Numbered from the stretch's first letter, positions 42,093-53,131 are shown. The stretch: DNA of 64,000 nucleotides from Candidatus Saganbacteria bacterium (GCA_013204645.1 JABMSE010000112.1:4-64003), one strand, 5' to 3'. Notes: generated by a model from the sequence alone, not told the origin. Program-made: numbers and translations.

Positions 42093-43573
42093 TTTCCGAC
42101 TACCTCATAAATAAAGTTAAAAATGAATTTTCTTTCAACCAATAGCATAGATCCACCATATATTGTCAAGAAAATAAACATAACAATCAACGGTTTGATC
42201 AGGCCAGAAAGATTATTTAACAAAGGTAAAAACAAAAGGGATGCTACGAAAGCAACGAAAGTTAGGGCTAAAGGACGAATAAAATTTGGCCAAAAGCTCG
42301 GTTTAAGTATGCGCCGGGCCCAAAAAATAGAAAAGGAAGCAGCAGAAATCTCGGCAATGATGGTGGCAATTGCTGCTCCAACAAAACTAAAGGGAGGGAT
42401 CAATACAAAATTAAAAAAGATGTTAACCCCTGCTCCTATTGCTCCAGCCCATAAAAACATTTTATATCTGCCGGCCGCTATCAAGATGGTTATACTGTAA
42501 ATGCTTCCTATCGCAATTACTATGAGATTCCAAACTAGAAAACGCAAAGCTGTTGCCCCCGGTAAATATTCCGGGCCATAGAGGAGCACAATAAGGGAAG
42601 GAGCAGCAATAAATACGGCCGCTACAGCTGGGATGACGACTAATAGGGTTAAACGCAAGTATTTATCAATGAATAATTTGGCTCTGCCAAGATCAGTGTT
42701 GATCTTAGCTATGGCAGTTGGCAAGACAGTTGCTTGCCAGAGGGCAAATATACCAACTAAGATATTAAAAAGTTGATAAGCTGCATTATAATAGCCCACG
42801 ACTTCTTGATTGTGGATTATACCCAGCATAATTATATCTAGACTGCCGTAGATCTGAATTAGAATAATAGACGCCCCTAAAGGTATGGCTTTTTTATAAA
42901 TCTCAAACCAGGTCTTAGGTGTAATGGCTTTAAGGTTCGTTATAAGTAAACGTCTAAAAAGCAGTGCCACCAGGCAAAGGGAAACAAGAATACCGACGAT
43001 GAACTGGACGGCTGGAGCAATGAGTAGATCTTGCGGCCCTCTCACCAAAAACACAACTAGAGCAAAGGATAACGCTGAAAAAACCACTCTTGCCACTGCC
43101 ATGTATTCCATCTTTTCAATTCCCTGAAAGACCCACTCTGTATTCAATGCCCGATAAAATACAGCCAGAAAGGTTATCAAAAATAACCAGCGGAGGTAGA
43201 GGTCCATCGGGATGAGCAATATAATAAAGAAGCAAATAAAATACACCAGGCAGGCAATAATCAATCGGACGGCGAGAATATTAACGAGTACGGTAGCTGC
43301 TTGGCTTTTTTCCTTTGCAATCTCACGGGTGCCAAATAGCGAAAGGCCTGAATCAACCAGCAAAACCAAATAAATAAGAAAGGCCTGAACAAAAGAGTAA
43401 GTGCCGTAAACTGCAACGTGAAGAGTCCGTGCCAAATAAATTATGAGAAGAAAATTGAGCGTACCCGAGATCACACTTCCCACAAAAAGCCAGGAAAAAT
43501 TCTTTGCGATCCTTTTGGTTGCGCTTTGCGTCATTTTATTTACCCCAAAACTTAATCGAGTTAATGAGCTCAT
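42071..43573 (-). CDS. Wzx/MOP-family polysaccharide flippase (second copy)
   Basis: ~14 hydrophobic helices and a PolyS_synth-type N-terminus (KNFSWLFVGSVISGTLNFLLIIYLARTL). The likely start is the internal Met (MTQSATKR). Confidence 0.55.
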   Translation of the reverse strand: MSSLTRLSFGVNKMTQSATKRIAKNFSWLFVGSVISGTLNFLLIIYLARTLHVAVYGTYSFVQAFLIYLVLLVDSGLSLFGTREIAKEKSQAATVLVNILAVRLIIACLVYFICFFIILLIPMDLYLRWLFLITFLAVFYRALNTEWVFQGIEKMEYMAVARVVFSALSFALVVFLVRGPQDLLIAPAVQFIVGILVSLCLVALLFRRLLITNLKAITPKTWFEIYKKAIPLGASIILIQIYGSLDIIMLGIIHNQEVVGYYNAAYQLFNILVGIFALWQATVLPTAIAKINTDLGRAKLFIDKYLRLTLLVVIPAVAAVFIAAPSLIVLLYGPEYLPGATALRFLVWNLIVIAIGSIYSITILIAAGRYKMFLWAGAIGAGVNIFFNFVLIPPFSFVGAAIATIIAEISAASFSIFWARRILKPSFWPNFIRPLALTFVAFVASLLFLPLLNNLSGLIKPLIVMFIFLTIYGGSMLLVERKFIFNFIYEVVGKCPTPPA

Positions 43574-44537
43574 ACAAACTAGCTAAGTGACGCCTGAAAT
43601 ATTGCGCTGCGAAAAAAGGGATGGGCAAAAGTGCAATCAATAACAATAAAGTATTATTTAAGTTTGTCACCTTAGGAAAAGAAGGCCGGTGTTTGAGATA
43701 AAGCTTAAAATTATAATAGTTTAAGAGACGAAAACCAACAAAATAAAACAGGCTGAATAATCGGCTTTTTACTCCATGATCAAGTAGGCACCGAGCTTTT
43801 GCCCGAGGGGTATAACTTGCCGGCAAATCGTTAATCGCCCGAGACCATCTTGTAATCCAGATGTCAAAGACGCTCGGAAACCATAATGGCATTTCATAAT
43901 CCACATTATAAACCAACGCATCAGGTAGCCATAAAACCTTAAATTCTCTGCCAGCTAAATAATTAAAAATTACTGAATGCTGCAAGAAGTTGGTGTCATA
44001 ATATTTATCAAACTCGGCCTCTTTAATCATTTTATGGCTGAATACCAGACAGCTGGCCCAGGTCATGTGCCACCCGATCTCAGCTAGCAATCTATTTTGG
44101 TCGGTAAAAATAAGTGAGGAGGAATGGTCTTGTACACGACCAGAAACCTCCTCCATCTTCCCTTTGAGTTTTCCTCCATTCACCACTACTAAGGCATAAT
44201 CTTTCTCGTCAAGGATGGCAAGCATTTTTAAAATGGCATCTGGGGTAAGCCGATTATCATCACATAATAACCAGGAATATTTCGCGTGGGATAATTTTAA
44301 AACCTTGGCAAAATTAGCATCCGTCCCCAGGTTTTCATTATTTCTAAAATATCTAATGTTGTTATAACGTGTCTGAAACTCGGAAACAACCTTGGGGGTT
44401 TCATCACTTGAGGCATTATCTGAAACATAGATGGCTAGATTTTGTTTTGCAACCAAAGGTAATAGATGTTCTAGGCAACCTCTGAGATGTGTAGCACGGT
44501 TATAGGTTGGGATACAAATTGCCAGGCAATCATTCAT
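43536..44537 (-). CDS. Glycosyltransferase family 2
   Basis: LAICIPTYNRATHLRGCLEHL...YVSDNASSDET GT2 motif. Confidence 0.65.
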   Translation of the reverse strand: MNDCLAICIPTYNRATHLRGCLEHLLPLVAKQNLAIYVSDNASSDETPKVVSEFQTRYNNIRYFRNNENLGTDANFAKVLKLSHAKYSWLLCDDNRLTPDAILKMLAILDEKDYALVVVNGGKLKGKMEEVSGRVQDHSSSLIFTDQNRLLAEIGWHMTWASCLVFSHKMIKEAEFDKYYDTNFLQHSVIFNYLAGREFKVLWLPDALVYNVDYEMPLWFPSVFDIWITRWSRAINDLPASYTPRAKARCLLDHGVKSRLFSLFYFVGFRLLNYYNFKLYLKHRPSFPKVTNLNNTLLLLIALLPIPFFAAQYFRRHLASLYELINSIKFWGK

Positions 44538-44549
44538 TTGTGTTGACCC

Positions 44550-45518
44550 CTATGCCAAAACAAGCTTCTTCCACCACTCCTGGTTGTTATAATACCAGCG
44601 AATTGTTTGGGAAAGGCCCTCCTTGAGTTGCGTTGTGGGTGCCCAGCCCAATTTTTTTATTTTCGAACAATCAAGCGCATATCTTCTATCGTGGCCTAGG
44701 CGATCCTTAACATATTTTATTAAATCTTTCGGCTTACCCAGTTCATCTAAAATCATTCGGGTTATAGCTATATTTTCTTCTTCGTTGTCTGCTCCGATAT
44801 TATAGATCTCCCCTACCACCCCTTTTCGTAAAACTAAATCAATGGCCTCACAATTATCCATAACATACAGCCAATCCCGCACGTTTTTACCATCGCCCTA
44901 CAAAGGCAATTTCTTATCCTGCAAGGCATTAGTTATAAAGAGGGGGATGATCTTTTCGGGATACTGTAAAGGCCCATAATTATTAGAAGAACGGGTGATA
45001 ATGGCTGGTAAATTGTAGGTCTTAAAATAAGCACGAACCAGGAGATCTCCTCCTGCCTTGGAGGCTGAATAAGGGGAATTGGGAGACAAATTCGATTCCT
45101 CTGTGAAAGAGCCTTTTTCAATGCTACCATACACTTCATCGGTTGAGATGTGGATATAACGGCCAATATTATTCTTTTTAACAGCCTCAAGCAATATATG
45201 CGTGCCAAAAACATCCGTTTGCACAAAAGAGCCCGCAGATACAATTGAGCGGTCAACATGCGTTTCAGCAGCAAAATTGACGATGGCATCGATTTTAGGC
45301 AACAAACTCAAGGCTTTGTCAACGGCACCTGAATCAGAAATGTCACCCTTAAAAAACCTATAGCGTGGCTCCTTTTCTAGGTCGGAAAGATTAGAAAGAT
45401 TGCCGGCATAGGTTAAATTGTCAAAATTGAGTATTTCATCTTCGGGATAGTTAGAAAGAATATAGTGGATAAAATTGCTGCCAATAAATCCGGCACCACC
45501 AGTAACAAGAAGCTTCAC
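44550..45518 (-). pseudogene. rfbB: dTDP-glucose 4,6-dehydratase interrupted by an in-frame TAG
   Basis: The N-terminal ORF (44898..45518) and the C-terminal ORF (44550..44882) are in the same frame. The only break is a TAG at 44898-44900, replacing the conserved Tyr of the ...LP(I/L)YGDG(K)NVRDWLYV motif. This is a one-nucleotide change, TAT to TAG. Confidence 0.7.
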
Positions 45519-46234
45519 AGCTTAACCCTTCCTTCAGCCAGCAAGGTTGCCCGCTCCAATGATTCAAAGGTTCCAGCATCTGTCCACCAACCGCTTAAAA
45601 GATCATAGGTCAAGAGCCCCTTCTTCATATAGCAACGATTAACATCGGAAATTTCAAGTTCCCCCCGAGCCGAAGGCTTAAGCTTTGAAATAACATCAAA
45701 AACACAATTGTCATAGAAGTAGATCCCCGTAACAACAAACTTGCTTTTAGGTTTTTTGGGTTTTTCCTCAATGGAGACAATTTTACCGTCAGATAACTCA
45801 ACCACGCCAAATCTTTGTGGATCAGAGACCTCTTTGACCAAAACTCGTGCTCCGGTTTTTTGTTTAATAAAAGCATCTACAAAGGATTTAAGGTTATCTT
45901 CAAATATATTATCTCCTAAAAGCACGGCAATTTGATCATTTCCTGCAAAATTCCTAGCCAGTCCCAGAGCTTGCGCAATACCACCGGCTTCATCCTGAAC
46001 CTTATAGGTAAATCGACACTTAAAATCTTTGCCACTGCCTAAAAGGGCAACAATGTCGCCCATATGCTCAACTCCGGTTACAATCATAATATCTTCTATT
46101 CCAATCTGGAGCATCTTTTCAATTGAGTGAAAAATCATCGGTTTTCTTCCTACCGGAAGAAGATGTTTATTGGTTACTTTGGTCAAAGGATGCAGGCGCG
46201 AACCCGTACCCCCCGCCAGAATTATGCCTTTCAT
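45515..46234 (-). CDS. rfbA: Glucose-1-phosphate thymidylyltransferase-like sugar nucleotidyltransferase (short form)
   Basis: [34 protein letters not shown] is a canonical RmlA-type N-terminus. 239 aa. Confidence 0.7.
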   Translation of the reverse strand: MKGIILAGGTGSRLHPLTKVTNKHLLPVGRKPMIFHSIEKMLQIGIEDIMIVTGVEHMGDIVALLGSGKDFKCRFTYKVQDEAGGIAQALGLARNFAGNDQIAVLLGDNIFEDNLKSFVDAFIKQKTGARVLVKEVSDPQRFGVVELSDGKIVSIEEKPKKPKSKFVVTGIYFYDNCVFDVISKLKPSARGELEISDVNRCYMKKGLLTYDLLSGWWTDAGTFESLERATLLAEGRVKL

Positions 46235-46950
46235 TTACTCAAAACCTCTTTTTGCTTCTTAATCAACTTATTAATACCCAGACTTGCTAGATCAAGCATT
46301 TCATCTAAATGTTTCCTAGAAAAAGGCTCGCCCTCAGCTGTTCCCTGCACCTCAACAAATTTGCCTGATTCAGTCATCACCACATTCATATCCACCTCGG
46401 CGACAACATCTTCCACATAGGGTAAATCCACCATGCAAACCCCACCCACAATTCCAACACTAATTGCGGCACTATTTTCACGAATTGGGTTTTCATTGAT
46501 GATTCCAGCTTTTAATAAGTAAGAAACCGCGTCACAAAGTGCCACAAAAGAACCTGTAATCGCCGCAGTGCGGGTTCCCCCATCTGCCTGAATTACATCT
46601 GCGTCAACATAAATGCTACGCTCTCCAAGTTTTTTCATGTCAAAAATAGCACGCAGGGATCGACCGATCAAACGCTGAATCTCATGGGTGCGTCCCCGTG
46701 CCTTGCCATGACTGTGTTCACGATTACTGCGGTTAACTGTAGCACGGGGGATCATGGCATATTCTGCTGTCACCCAACCCAAACCACTTCCCTTCCTATG
46801 ATTTGGAACGTTCTCTACGACGGAAGCAGTACAAATCACTTTGGTATTTCCCATTTCAATTAAAACCGAGCCTTCAGGGTATTTCAAATAATTACGGGTG
46901 ATTTTTATTGGTCGGATCTGTTTGTTGGATCTTTTATCTGCTCGGCTCAT
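46231..46950 (-). CDS. rph: Ribonuclease PH
   Basis: [33 protein letters not shown]...; full-length RNase PH pattern. Confidence 0.85.
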   Translation of the reverse strand: MSRADKRSNKQIRPIKITRNYLKYPEGSVLIEMGNTKVICTASVVENVPNHRKGSGLGWVTAEYAMIPRATVNRSNREHSHGKARGRTHEIQRLIGRSLRAIFDMKKLGERSIYVDADVIQADGGTRTAAITGSFVALCDAVSYLLKAGIINENPIRENSAAISVGIVGGVCMVDLPYVEDVVAEVDMNVVMTESGKFVEVQGTAEGEPFSRKHLDEMLDLASLGINKLIKKQKEVLSK

Positions 46951-47393
46951 TTATTTCCCTCCGAACCCGGTGTTTTGGCCAAACGGTCACGCCCAGCCTT
47001 TATGGTACGCAAGATCCGCGTTGAAGTAGCCTCAAGGTTTGATAAAATTTCATCTGCATACTTATCCGCACCGTCACGTATTTCCTTTGCCATTTGATAG
47101 GCCTGCTGAAGGACTTCTACGGCTTTTGAATCCCCGGACGAACTATCAGTAACGTCCCTTGAGCTAGCCGACCCACGGGCTGGCGTGGCTCCCTGCCCTA
47201 TCTCTGGCGAAGAACTCGCGTTACTCACAATGGCATCCTTGGCAAAACCTCCTCCTCCCTGAATAACCAAACGCATCTTATCTATAACCGCTAAAATTCT
47301 ATCTTCATTAATTACAACCTTCTTGGTAAGTGGGATTTTTGCTCCATCCAAAATCATTGATTCTAGTGTATCCAATAAGCCTAAAATTTCCAT
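46947..47393 (-). CDS. Hypothetical protein with low-complexity Ser/Gly-rich centre
   Basis: 148-aa ORF translationally coupled to rph. No confident family match. The C-terminal helix ([20 protein letters not shown]) is amphipathic. Confidence 0.3.
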   Translation of the reverse strand: MEILGLLDTLESMILDGAKIPLTKKVVINEDRILAVIDKMRLVIQGGGGFAKDAIVSNASSSPEIGQGATPARGSASSRDVTDSSSGDSKAVEVLQQAYQMAKEIRDGADKYADEILSNLEATSTRILRTIKAGRDRLAKTPGSEGNK

Positions 47394-47405
47394 AACCGTC
47401 CCTCC

Positions 47406-47879
47406 TTAAATTTTAATTTTTAGTTTTTGACATATCGCAGGAGGAACAAGCTCTGATACGTCCCCCCCAAAATGAGCAATTTGTTTTACAAAACTTGAAG
47501 AAAGATAGGAATATTTATAATCTGTCATAAAGAAAATGGTCTCAATATTTGGTGCCATTTTACGGTTAGTAAGTGCCATTTGAAACTCATAATCAAAATC
47601 AGAAACCGCCCGTAGACCCCTTACTATTATGTTCGCCTTCTTTTTCTTTGCATAATCCACCAATAATCCATCAAAGCTATCAACCACTACATTCCTGTCT
47701 TTTTTGAGCGATGCTTTTAACATATCCACACGATCATCTAAAGAAAATTTTGGGGTTTTATCCGGGTTTCTGATAACAGCTACGATCACTTTATCAAAGA
47801 GGGTGGCCGCCCGCGAAATTATATCAATATGGCCATTTGTAACTGGATCAAAACTACCGGGATAAATTGCTACTTTCAT
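47406..47879 (-). CDS. coaD: Phosphopantetheine adenylyltransferase
   Basis: MKVAIYPGSFDPVTNGHIDII... is a canonical CoaD sequence. Confidence 0.85.
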   Translation of the reverse strand: MKVAIYPGSFDPVTNGHIDIISRAATLFDKVIVAVIRNPDKTPKFSLDDRVDMLKASLKKDRNVVVDSFDGLLVDYAKKKKANIIVRGLRAVSDFDYEFQMALTNRKMAPNIETIFFMTDYKYSYLSSSFVKQIAHFGGDVSELVPPAICQKLKIKI

Positions 47880-48414
47880 AAAATGTCAGCTCCGTCTCGC
47901 CGTATTTCACACTACGAAAAACTACAAGCTTTTCATACTGGTCTTGGATCTTGTGCTGTCTGCGATGTTCTGCGACTACGATGCCCCGCTCGTTTAACAA
48001 ACTACCATCTGACAACTCGGCTAAAACCTTCTCTAAATTGGGGCTGTCGTATGGAGCACCAATGAATATTATATCAAATTTTGCGCCCTTTCGCTTTAAT
48101 ATTCGCAAAGCTCTCAAAACATCCAAAGCATAAACTTCTGCGCGATCAGAAAAGGAACAGAGCTCTAGATTTTCCCTTATAACCCGCACGGTTTTTTTGT
48201 CTAATTCAACGAAAATTGAAAGGGTAGCTCCCCTCGATAAGGCTTCAATTCCAACCGCCCCACTGCCAGCAAAAAGGTCAAGAAAATAACAATCGCAAAT
48301 CCTGTTTTGCAAAATATTAAAGAGGGCTTCTTTAACCTGATCAGAAAGGGGGCGAGTTTTCCCTTTAGGTGAGTTTAATTTTTTTCCTTTGGCTTTCCCA
48401 GATATTACACGCAC
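47854..48414 (-). CDS. rsmD: 16S rRNA (guanine966-N2)-methyltransferase RsmD
   Basis: GKTRPLSDQVKEALFNIL...DLFAGSGAVGIEALSRGA matches RsmD signature motifs. The start is probably an internal Met, because the ORF overlaps the recG 3' end. Confidence 0.75.
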   Translation of the reverse strand: MRVISGKAKGKKLNSPKGKTRPLSDQVKEALFNILQNRICDCYFLDLFAGSGAVGIEALSRGATLSIFVELDKKTVRVIRENLELCSFSDRAEVYALDVLRALRILKRKGAKFDIIFIGAPYDSPNLEKVLAELSDGSLLNERGIVVAEHRRQHKIQDQYEKLVVFRSVKYGETELTFYESSNLSR

Positions 48415-50419
48415 ATTCTAAATCTGTGGCAACTAAATCCATCGCCACAGCCCTTGCAGCTTTAAGCACTTTTTCGTCTCTAATTATATCAGCTACCCTA
48501 AAGTTTGGCAAACCACTCTGGCGGGTGCCATAGAAATCACCAGGGCCGCGAAGTTTAAGGTCTACTTCAGCAAGATAGAAGCCATCCACCGAATCAAGCA
48601 TCGCCTTAACGCGAGTCTTGGCCTCCTCGGAAGCTATCTTTGCAATCAAAAAACAAAAAGATTGCTTAGATCCCCTTCCAATGCGGCCGCGCAGCTGATG
48701 AAGCTGGGCGAGCCCAAAGCGCTCGGCATGCTCAATAACCATAACCGTAGCATTGGGGATATCAATGCCGACTTCAATTACCGTGGTTGAAACCAGGATA
48801 TGAATCTTACCTTGGCTAAATTGTTTCATTATACGATCTTTTTCTTCACCCTTTAATCTTCCATGCAGCAACCCTACCCGATACTCGGGGAAGATTTCTT
48901 TTTGCAAGCGCGCGGCTTCGTCCATAGCAGCTTTGATGCCTCGACGTTGCTCGGCATCAATCCTGAGCGCTGTCGAAGGATTGAAGTCGATCTTTTCCGA
49001 TTCTGAAACTAAGGGGCAGACCACAAAAACTTGTTGTCCTTCCGCTACTTTTTGACGCATAAACTCGTAAGCACTTCTGCGCCTGTTTTCTGGCACAAAA
49101 TGAGTCTTAATCGGTGTTCTACCCGGGGGCATCTCATCAATTACTGATCGATCAAAATCCCCATAAAGGGTTAAGGCCATGGAGCGAGGAATCGGAGTAG
49201 CTGTTATAGCCAGAACATCTGGAGAGAGGCCCTTTTTTACCAATGCCTTCCTTTGCAGAACTCCAAAGCGGTGTTGTTCATCAATAATTACCAACCCCAA
49301 GCGGTCAAAGTTAACTTTTTCCTGTATCAGTCTATGGGTTCCGATAAACAAATTAGTTATATCTTTTTTGCTGCTAGTTGTCCGTTTTTTAGTAGAACTC
49401 GTCATGAGTTTGGTTGTAACTTTTGAGCCCTTAAGTAGCTTGGTTAACTTTGTGTAATGTTGTTGGGCTAAAATTTCCGTCGGCGCCATGAAAGCTACCT
49501 GATAACCATTATTTACGGCAACCAAAGCTGCCAAAGTTGCCACAATTGTCTTTCCTGATCCCACATCCCCCTGCAGCAGACGATTCATGGGTTGGGGTTT
49601 TCCCATATCCGACAAGATATCCGCTAAAACCTGCTCTTGGGCAGATGTCAGGGTAAAAGGCAAAGTATCTGAAAAGGATTTTAAGCTCTTTTGATCAATT
49701 TGGTAGGCAATACCCTTTTCTCTTTTAATCTTTCTCTTACATAAACCAAGGCCTAATTGAAAAACAAAGAAGTCATCAAAAATAAGTCTTTTGCGCGCCT
49801 CGGAAATGTCCGACATGGAATTTGGAAAATGCAGGGTTTTAATAGCTGTTTCTAAATCGATAAGCCCTTCTTTTCGCTTAATGTCTTCAGGCAGAAAATC
49901 CACGACGTCTGCCAAGCAATTATCCAGGGCCTCCCGGATAATACCTCTCATTTTTTTAGGATACAAACCTTGGGTTAGGGGATAAAGAGGAACAATTTTT
50001 ATATTATCCCCGGTATCAACTTCAAAATCACGCACTATAACTTGAAGGGACTTATCAAAGTCCGAATATTCCACTCTCCCTGACAGGATTAACCTCATTC
50101 CCTTGCGAAAAAGCCTACTTAAAAAGGGCTGATTAAACCAAACTGCCTGAATTGAACCGGAAAGATCAGAGAGTATAACCTTTATCACCGAGAAGCGGTT
50201 ACGCGTTAATTGGGGGTTAACCTGTGAAATTTGCCCTTTAACAATTTCAAAATTGGCCGGACGAAGATCAGAAATGGGCTTTATATGACTGCGGTCCTCG
50301 TAATCGCGTGGGAAGTAATAGATGAGATCTTCGACAGTTTCCACTCCCAACTTTTTAAGAATTTTTGCCAATTTAGGGCCAACGCCCTTAAGGTACTGTA
50401 CCGACATTATAATTGTCAT
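48365..50419 (-). CDS. recG: ATP-dependent DNA helicase RecG
   Basis: Wedge domain plus DEQH-box helicase motifs (GDVGSGKT, IIDEQHRFG) and a C-terminal helicase domain. 684 aa. Confidence 0.85.
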   Translation of the reverse strand: MTIIMSVQYLKGVGPKLAKILKKLGVETVEDLIYYFPRDYEDRSHIKPISDLRPANFEIVKGQISQVNPQLTRNRFSVIKVILSDLSGSIQAVWFNQPFLSRLFRKGMRLILSGRVEYSDFDKSLQVIVRDFEVDTGDNIKIVPLYPLTQGLYPKKMRGIIREALDNCLADVVDFLPEDIKRKEGLIDLETAIKTLHFPNSMSDISEARKRLIFDDFFVFQLGLGLCKRKIKREKGIAYQIDQKSLKSFSDTLPFTLTSAQEQVLADILSDMGKPQPMNRLLQGDVGSGKTIVATLAALVAVNNGYQVAFMAPTEILAQQHYTKLTKLLKGSKVTTKLMTSSTKKRTTSSKKDITNLFIGTHRLIQEKVNFDRLGLVIIDEQHRFGVLQRKALVKKGLSPDVLAITATPIPRSMALTLYGDFDRSVIDEMPPGRTPIKTHFVPENRRRSAYEFMRQKVAEGQQVFVVCPLVSESEKIDFNPSTALRIDAEQRRGIKAAMDEAARLQKEIFPEYRVGLLHGRLKGEEKDRIMKQFSQGKIHILVSTTVIEVGIDIPNATVMVIEHAERFGLAQLHQLRGRIGRGSKQSFCFLIAKIASEEAKTRVKAMLDSVDGFYLAEVDLKLRGPGDFYGTRQSGLPNFRVADIIRDEKVLKAARAVAMDLVATDLECACNIWESQRKKIKLT

Positions 50420-50450
50420 TTTATCACACTTATGTTATACTACAAATGTC

Positions 50451-50642
50451 ATGAGTAAAAAATGTTTTATTTGCAGAAAAAAAGCACAAAGGGGCAATAA
50501 TGTGTCCCATAGTAACCGGCGTACCTTGCGCACCTGGAACCCAAATATTCAAAAAGTTAACATCCTGGTAGAAGGCAAAAAGAAGAAAGAATACGTTTGC
50601 ACTAAATGCCTGAAGGCTGGAAAAGTCAAAAAAGCTCTCTAA
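50451..50642 (+). CDS. rpmB: 50S ribosomal protein L28
   Basis: MSKKCFICRKKAQRGNNVSHSNRRTLRTWNPNIQKVNILVEGKKKKEYVCTKCLKAGKV matches the L28 family. The ATG is at 50451. Confidence 0.75.
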   Translation: MSKKCFICRKKAQRGNNVSHSNRRTLRTWNPNIQKVNILVEGKKKKEYVCTKCLKAGKVKKAL

Positions 50643-51119
50643 CTAATCACGATCCTCATGTTTAAAGCGCTCGGTTGCAATTTCATCCATAAACTTCGTC
50701 TCCAGATCTAACATTAACTTGTTAAATTCCCCAAGTTTTCTCTCGCGATGCTTTTCGATTATTTTCTTATCCTTCATGGAAGCAATTAATTGGGCTCGCT
50801 GTTCCTCAAGTTTCTTGCTTGCCTCAATTACCTTTTCCACCTGTTTATCGAGATCATCCTTTAGGACTTCGAGATGTGCTTTTCTTCTTAAAACCTTAGT
50901 GAAGTCTGAAATAGGACTTTTTTTTCTGAAAACTTGGCGTAGGTCTTCTTCTTTTCCCTTTTTTTCCGTATCAATTCGGCCTTCTTCTTCTTTTTCGCTA
51001 AGATAGGTCCTTTGCTTATCGGCAAATTTTTCCTGTTCTTTTTTCTCTTTGATGGCTCGAACTTTTAACACAGATTCAAGATCGTATTCAAATTTCTTAC
51101 CCGGCTTAGGCTTTGCCAT
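50643..51119 (-). CDS. fliJ: Flagellar export chaperone FliJ-like coiled-coil protein
   Basis: ~158-aa charged coiled-coil protein immediately downstream of fliI. The N-terminus FEYDLESVLKVRAIKEKKEQEKF fits the FliJ pattern. Confidence 0.5.
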   Translation of the reverse strand: MAKPKPGKKFEYDLESVLKVRAIKEKKEQEKFADKQRTYLSEKEEEGRIDTEKKGKEEDLRQVFRKKSPISDFTKVLRRKAHLEVLKDDLDKQVEKVIEASKKLEEQRAQLIASMKDKKIIEKHRERKLGEFNKLMLDLETKFMDEIATERFKHEDRD

Positions 51120-51131
51120 GATCGTCCCCTT

Positions 51132-52442
51132 TTAAGAAAAGATACCAATTAAGCGCTTGACCGTTTCCTCAAATTTAACTTGTTCAAAGGTCCCTTGTTT
51201 TAAGAAAGTATTTACCTGATCAATTTTTGATAGTGCGTAGTCAATTTTGGGATTACTCCCCTTAACATAGGCCCCGATATTGATTAAATCTTCAGCTTCA
51301 GCATAACGGGCTAAAACTTCCCTTAGTTTTCCGGCTGCTTGCTTCTGTTCGTCAGATACAAGATTGGTCATTAGCCGCGATACACTGGGCGGAACATCAA
51401 TAGCTGGATAATGATTGCGTGCCGCAAGATCGCGCGACAGCATAATGTGTCCATCTAAAATTGAGCGGGAATGGTCTGAAATAGGCTCGTTAAAATCATC
51501 CCCTTCAACCAAAATGGTATAAAAAGCTGTAATCGTACCAACTGTAGAGGTCCCAGAACGCTCCATAAGCCTGGGCAAAAGCGCAAAAACTGAAGGGGTA
51601 TACCCTTTAGTGGTGGGCGGCTCCCCAGCCGCTAGCCCTATTTCGCGCTGGGCCATGGCAAAACGAGTAACCGAGTCCATCATCAAAATCACCGTCTTAT
51701 TTTGATTGCGAAAGTATTCTGCAATAGCTGTGGCAACAAAAGCCGCCTTCAGACGAATCAAGGGTGGTTGATCAGAAGTTGCTGCAACCACAACCGATTT
51801 TTTCAAACCTTCTTCTCCTAAGGATTCTTCAATAAAATCACGAACCTCCCTGCCCCGCTCCCCAACCAAGGCAATCACGTTAACGTCTGCTTCAGCATTT
51901 CTAGCAACCATTCCCATTATGGTTGATTTTCCCACCCCAGAGCCAGCAAAAATTCCAATGCGCTGTCCTTGACCTAGGGTCAACATGCCGTCAATGGCGC
52001 GAATCCCAACCCTTATAACCTCGGTTATACGCGGACGTTTAACCGGATCGGGGGGGTCGGCATCCAAGGGACAATCAACTCCGCCGGAAATAGCACCCTT
52101 ACCATCTACTGGCTGCCCCAAACCATTAAGGACGCGGCCCAAAACATCCTCGCTTACTCTTACCATAAGAGGCTTACCTGCTGCTACTACTTGTGAACCA
52201 GGAGAAATCCCAGAAGTGGAACCAAGGGGCATAAGGAGTACACGCTTTTCGCGAAACCCAACCACCTCAGCTAAAGATTCTCGATTTTCTTTTTCAAGAC
52301 GGATAGAACAAATATCCCCCACCGAAACCCCCCCCACCTGGGCCTCAATAATCAATCCCACCACCTGCACTACTTTTCCAATAACCCGTACTAGGTCGGC
52401 TCTTTCAATTGCTTTATGATATTTTTCAAAATCAATTTCCAT
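51132..52442 (-). CDS. fliI: Flagellum-specific ATPase FliI
   Basis: Walker A GIFAGSGVGKST; the conserved FliI/T3SS ATPase core is present throughout. Confidence 0.85.
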   Translation of the reverse strand: MEIDFEKYHKAIERADLVRVIGKVVQVVGLIIEAQVGGVSVGDICSIRLEKENRESLAEVVGFREKRVLLMPLGSTSGISPGSQVVAAGKPLMVRVSEDVLGRVLNGLGQPVDGKGAISGGVDCPLDADPPDPVKRPRITEVIRVGIRAIDGMLTLGQGQRIGIFAGSGVGKSTIMGMVARNAEADVNVIALVGERGREVRDFIEESLGEEGLKKSVVVAATSDQPPLIRLKAAFVATAIAEYFRNQNKTVILMMDSVTRFAMAQREIGLAAGEPPTTKGYTPSVFALLPRLMERSGTSTVGTITAFYTILVEGDDFNEPISDHSRSILDGHIMLSRDLAARNHYPAIDVPPSVSRLMTNLVSDEQKQAAGKLREVLARYAEAEDLINIGAYVKGSNPKIDYALSKIDQVNTFLKQGTFEQVKFEETVKRLIGIFS

Positions 52443-52448
52443 TTTTTT

Positions 52449-53129
52449 TTAGGACGTGGCTTCCTCAGAAGATATCTTATTGAGGGATTCTTCAATAGAT
52501 TGTATTTTAGTAGAAATCTTGGCATCCACAAAGCCGAGATTAGTTTCGATTAAACATCCACCGGGCTCAATGTTAGGGTCTTCGATCACAGAGAAACTTT
52601 TAACCCCATCTAACATTCCAGCCAAACGATCCTTATAACGCTTTAAATACTCTGCATCCTCGCGATTAACTTTAACAATTATCTGCTCTCGATCCGAAAC
52701 CCGAGAAATAGCCTCGGCAACAATGTTTAAGCAAACATCACGATGCAGAGATACTTCAGAACGAATGACTTGTTCGGCAACTTTTATGGCCAATCTTAAT
52801 ATCTCTTGTTCCGAATCTTTGATAATATTTTTACGCTCCTTAACTGCTTGATTTAGTGTTTCAACGGCTTCCTCAATTTGAGAAGCAGCTTCAGATCGTC
52901 CAGCTTCGCGGCCTGCCTGTTTAGCCTCTTCTCTTATCGAGGAAGCTTCATTCATTGCGGCATCAATAATTTTTTGGGCTTCGTTTTTGGCGCGTGGCAA
53001 ATCGTTTTTTAAAATCGCTTTGCCTATTTTTGGTTTGATAAGTGCTGGCCTCAAAAGAGGAGCCACCGCCTGTCGTTCTATAACTAGCGTTCCCTTATCT
53101 TCAATTTGATCTTTCTTAATTAACGCCAT
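52449..53129 (-). CDS. fliH: Flagellar assembly protein FliH
   Basis: Charged coiled-coil N-terminus and a C-terminal ...PGGCLIETNLGFVDAKISTKIQSIEESL characteristic of FliH. Confidence 0.6.
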   Translation of the reverse strand: MALIKKDQIEDKGTLVIERQAVAPLLRPALIKPKIGKAILKNDLPRAKNEAQKIIDAAMNEASSIREEAKQAGREAGRSEAASQIEEAVETLNQAVKERKNIIKDSEQEILRLAIKVAEQVIRSEVSLHRDVCLNIVAEAISRVSDREQIIVKVNREDAEYLKRYKDRLAGMLDGVKSFSVIEDPNIEPGGCLIETNLGFVDAKISTKIQSIEESLNKISSEEATS

Positions 53130-53131
53130 AA

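Noticed and set aside
46947-47393. The 148-aa ORF between rph and coaD as an ATP-synthase b/E-like or DivIVA-like protein.
   Set aside because: There is only a vague C-terminal amphipathic helix and a Ser/Gly-rich low-complexity centre, with no diagnostic motif. It was left as hypothetical.
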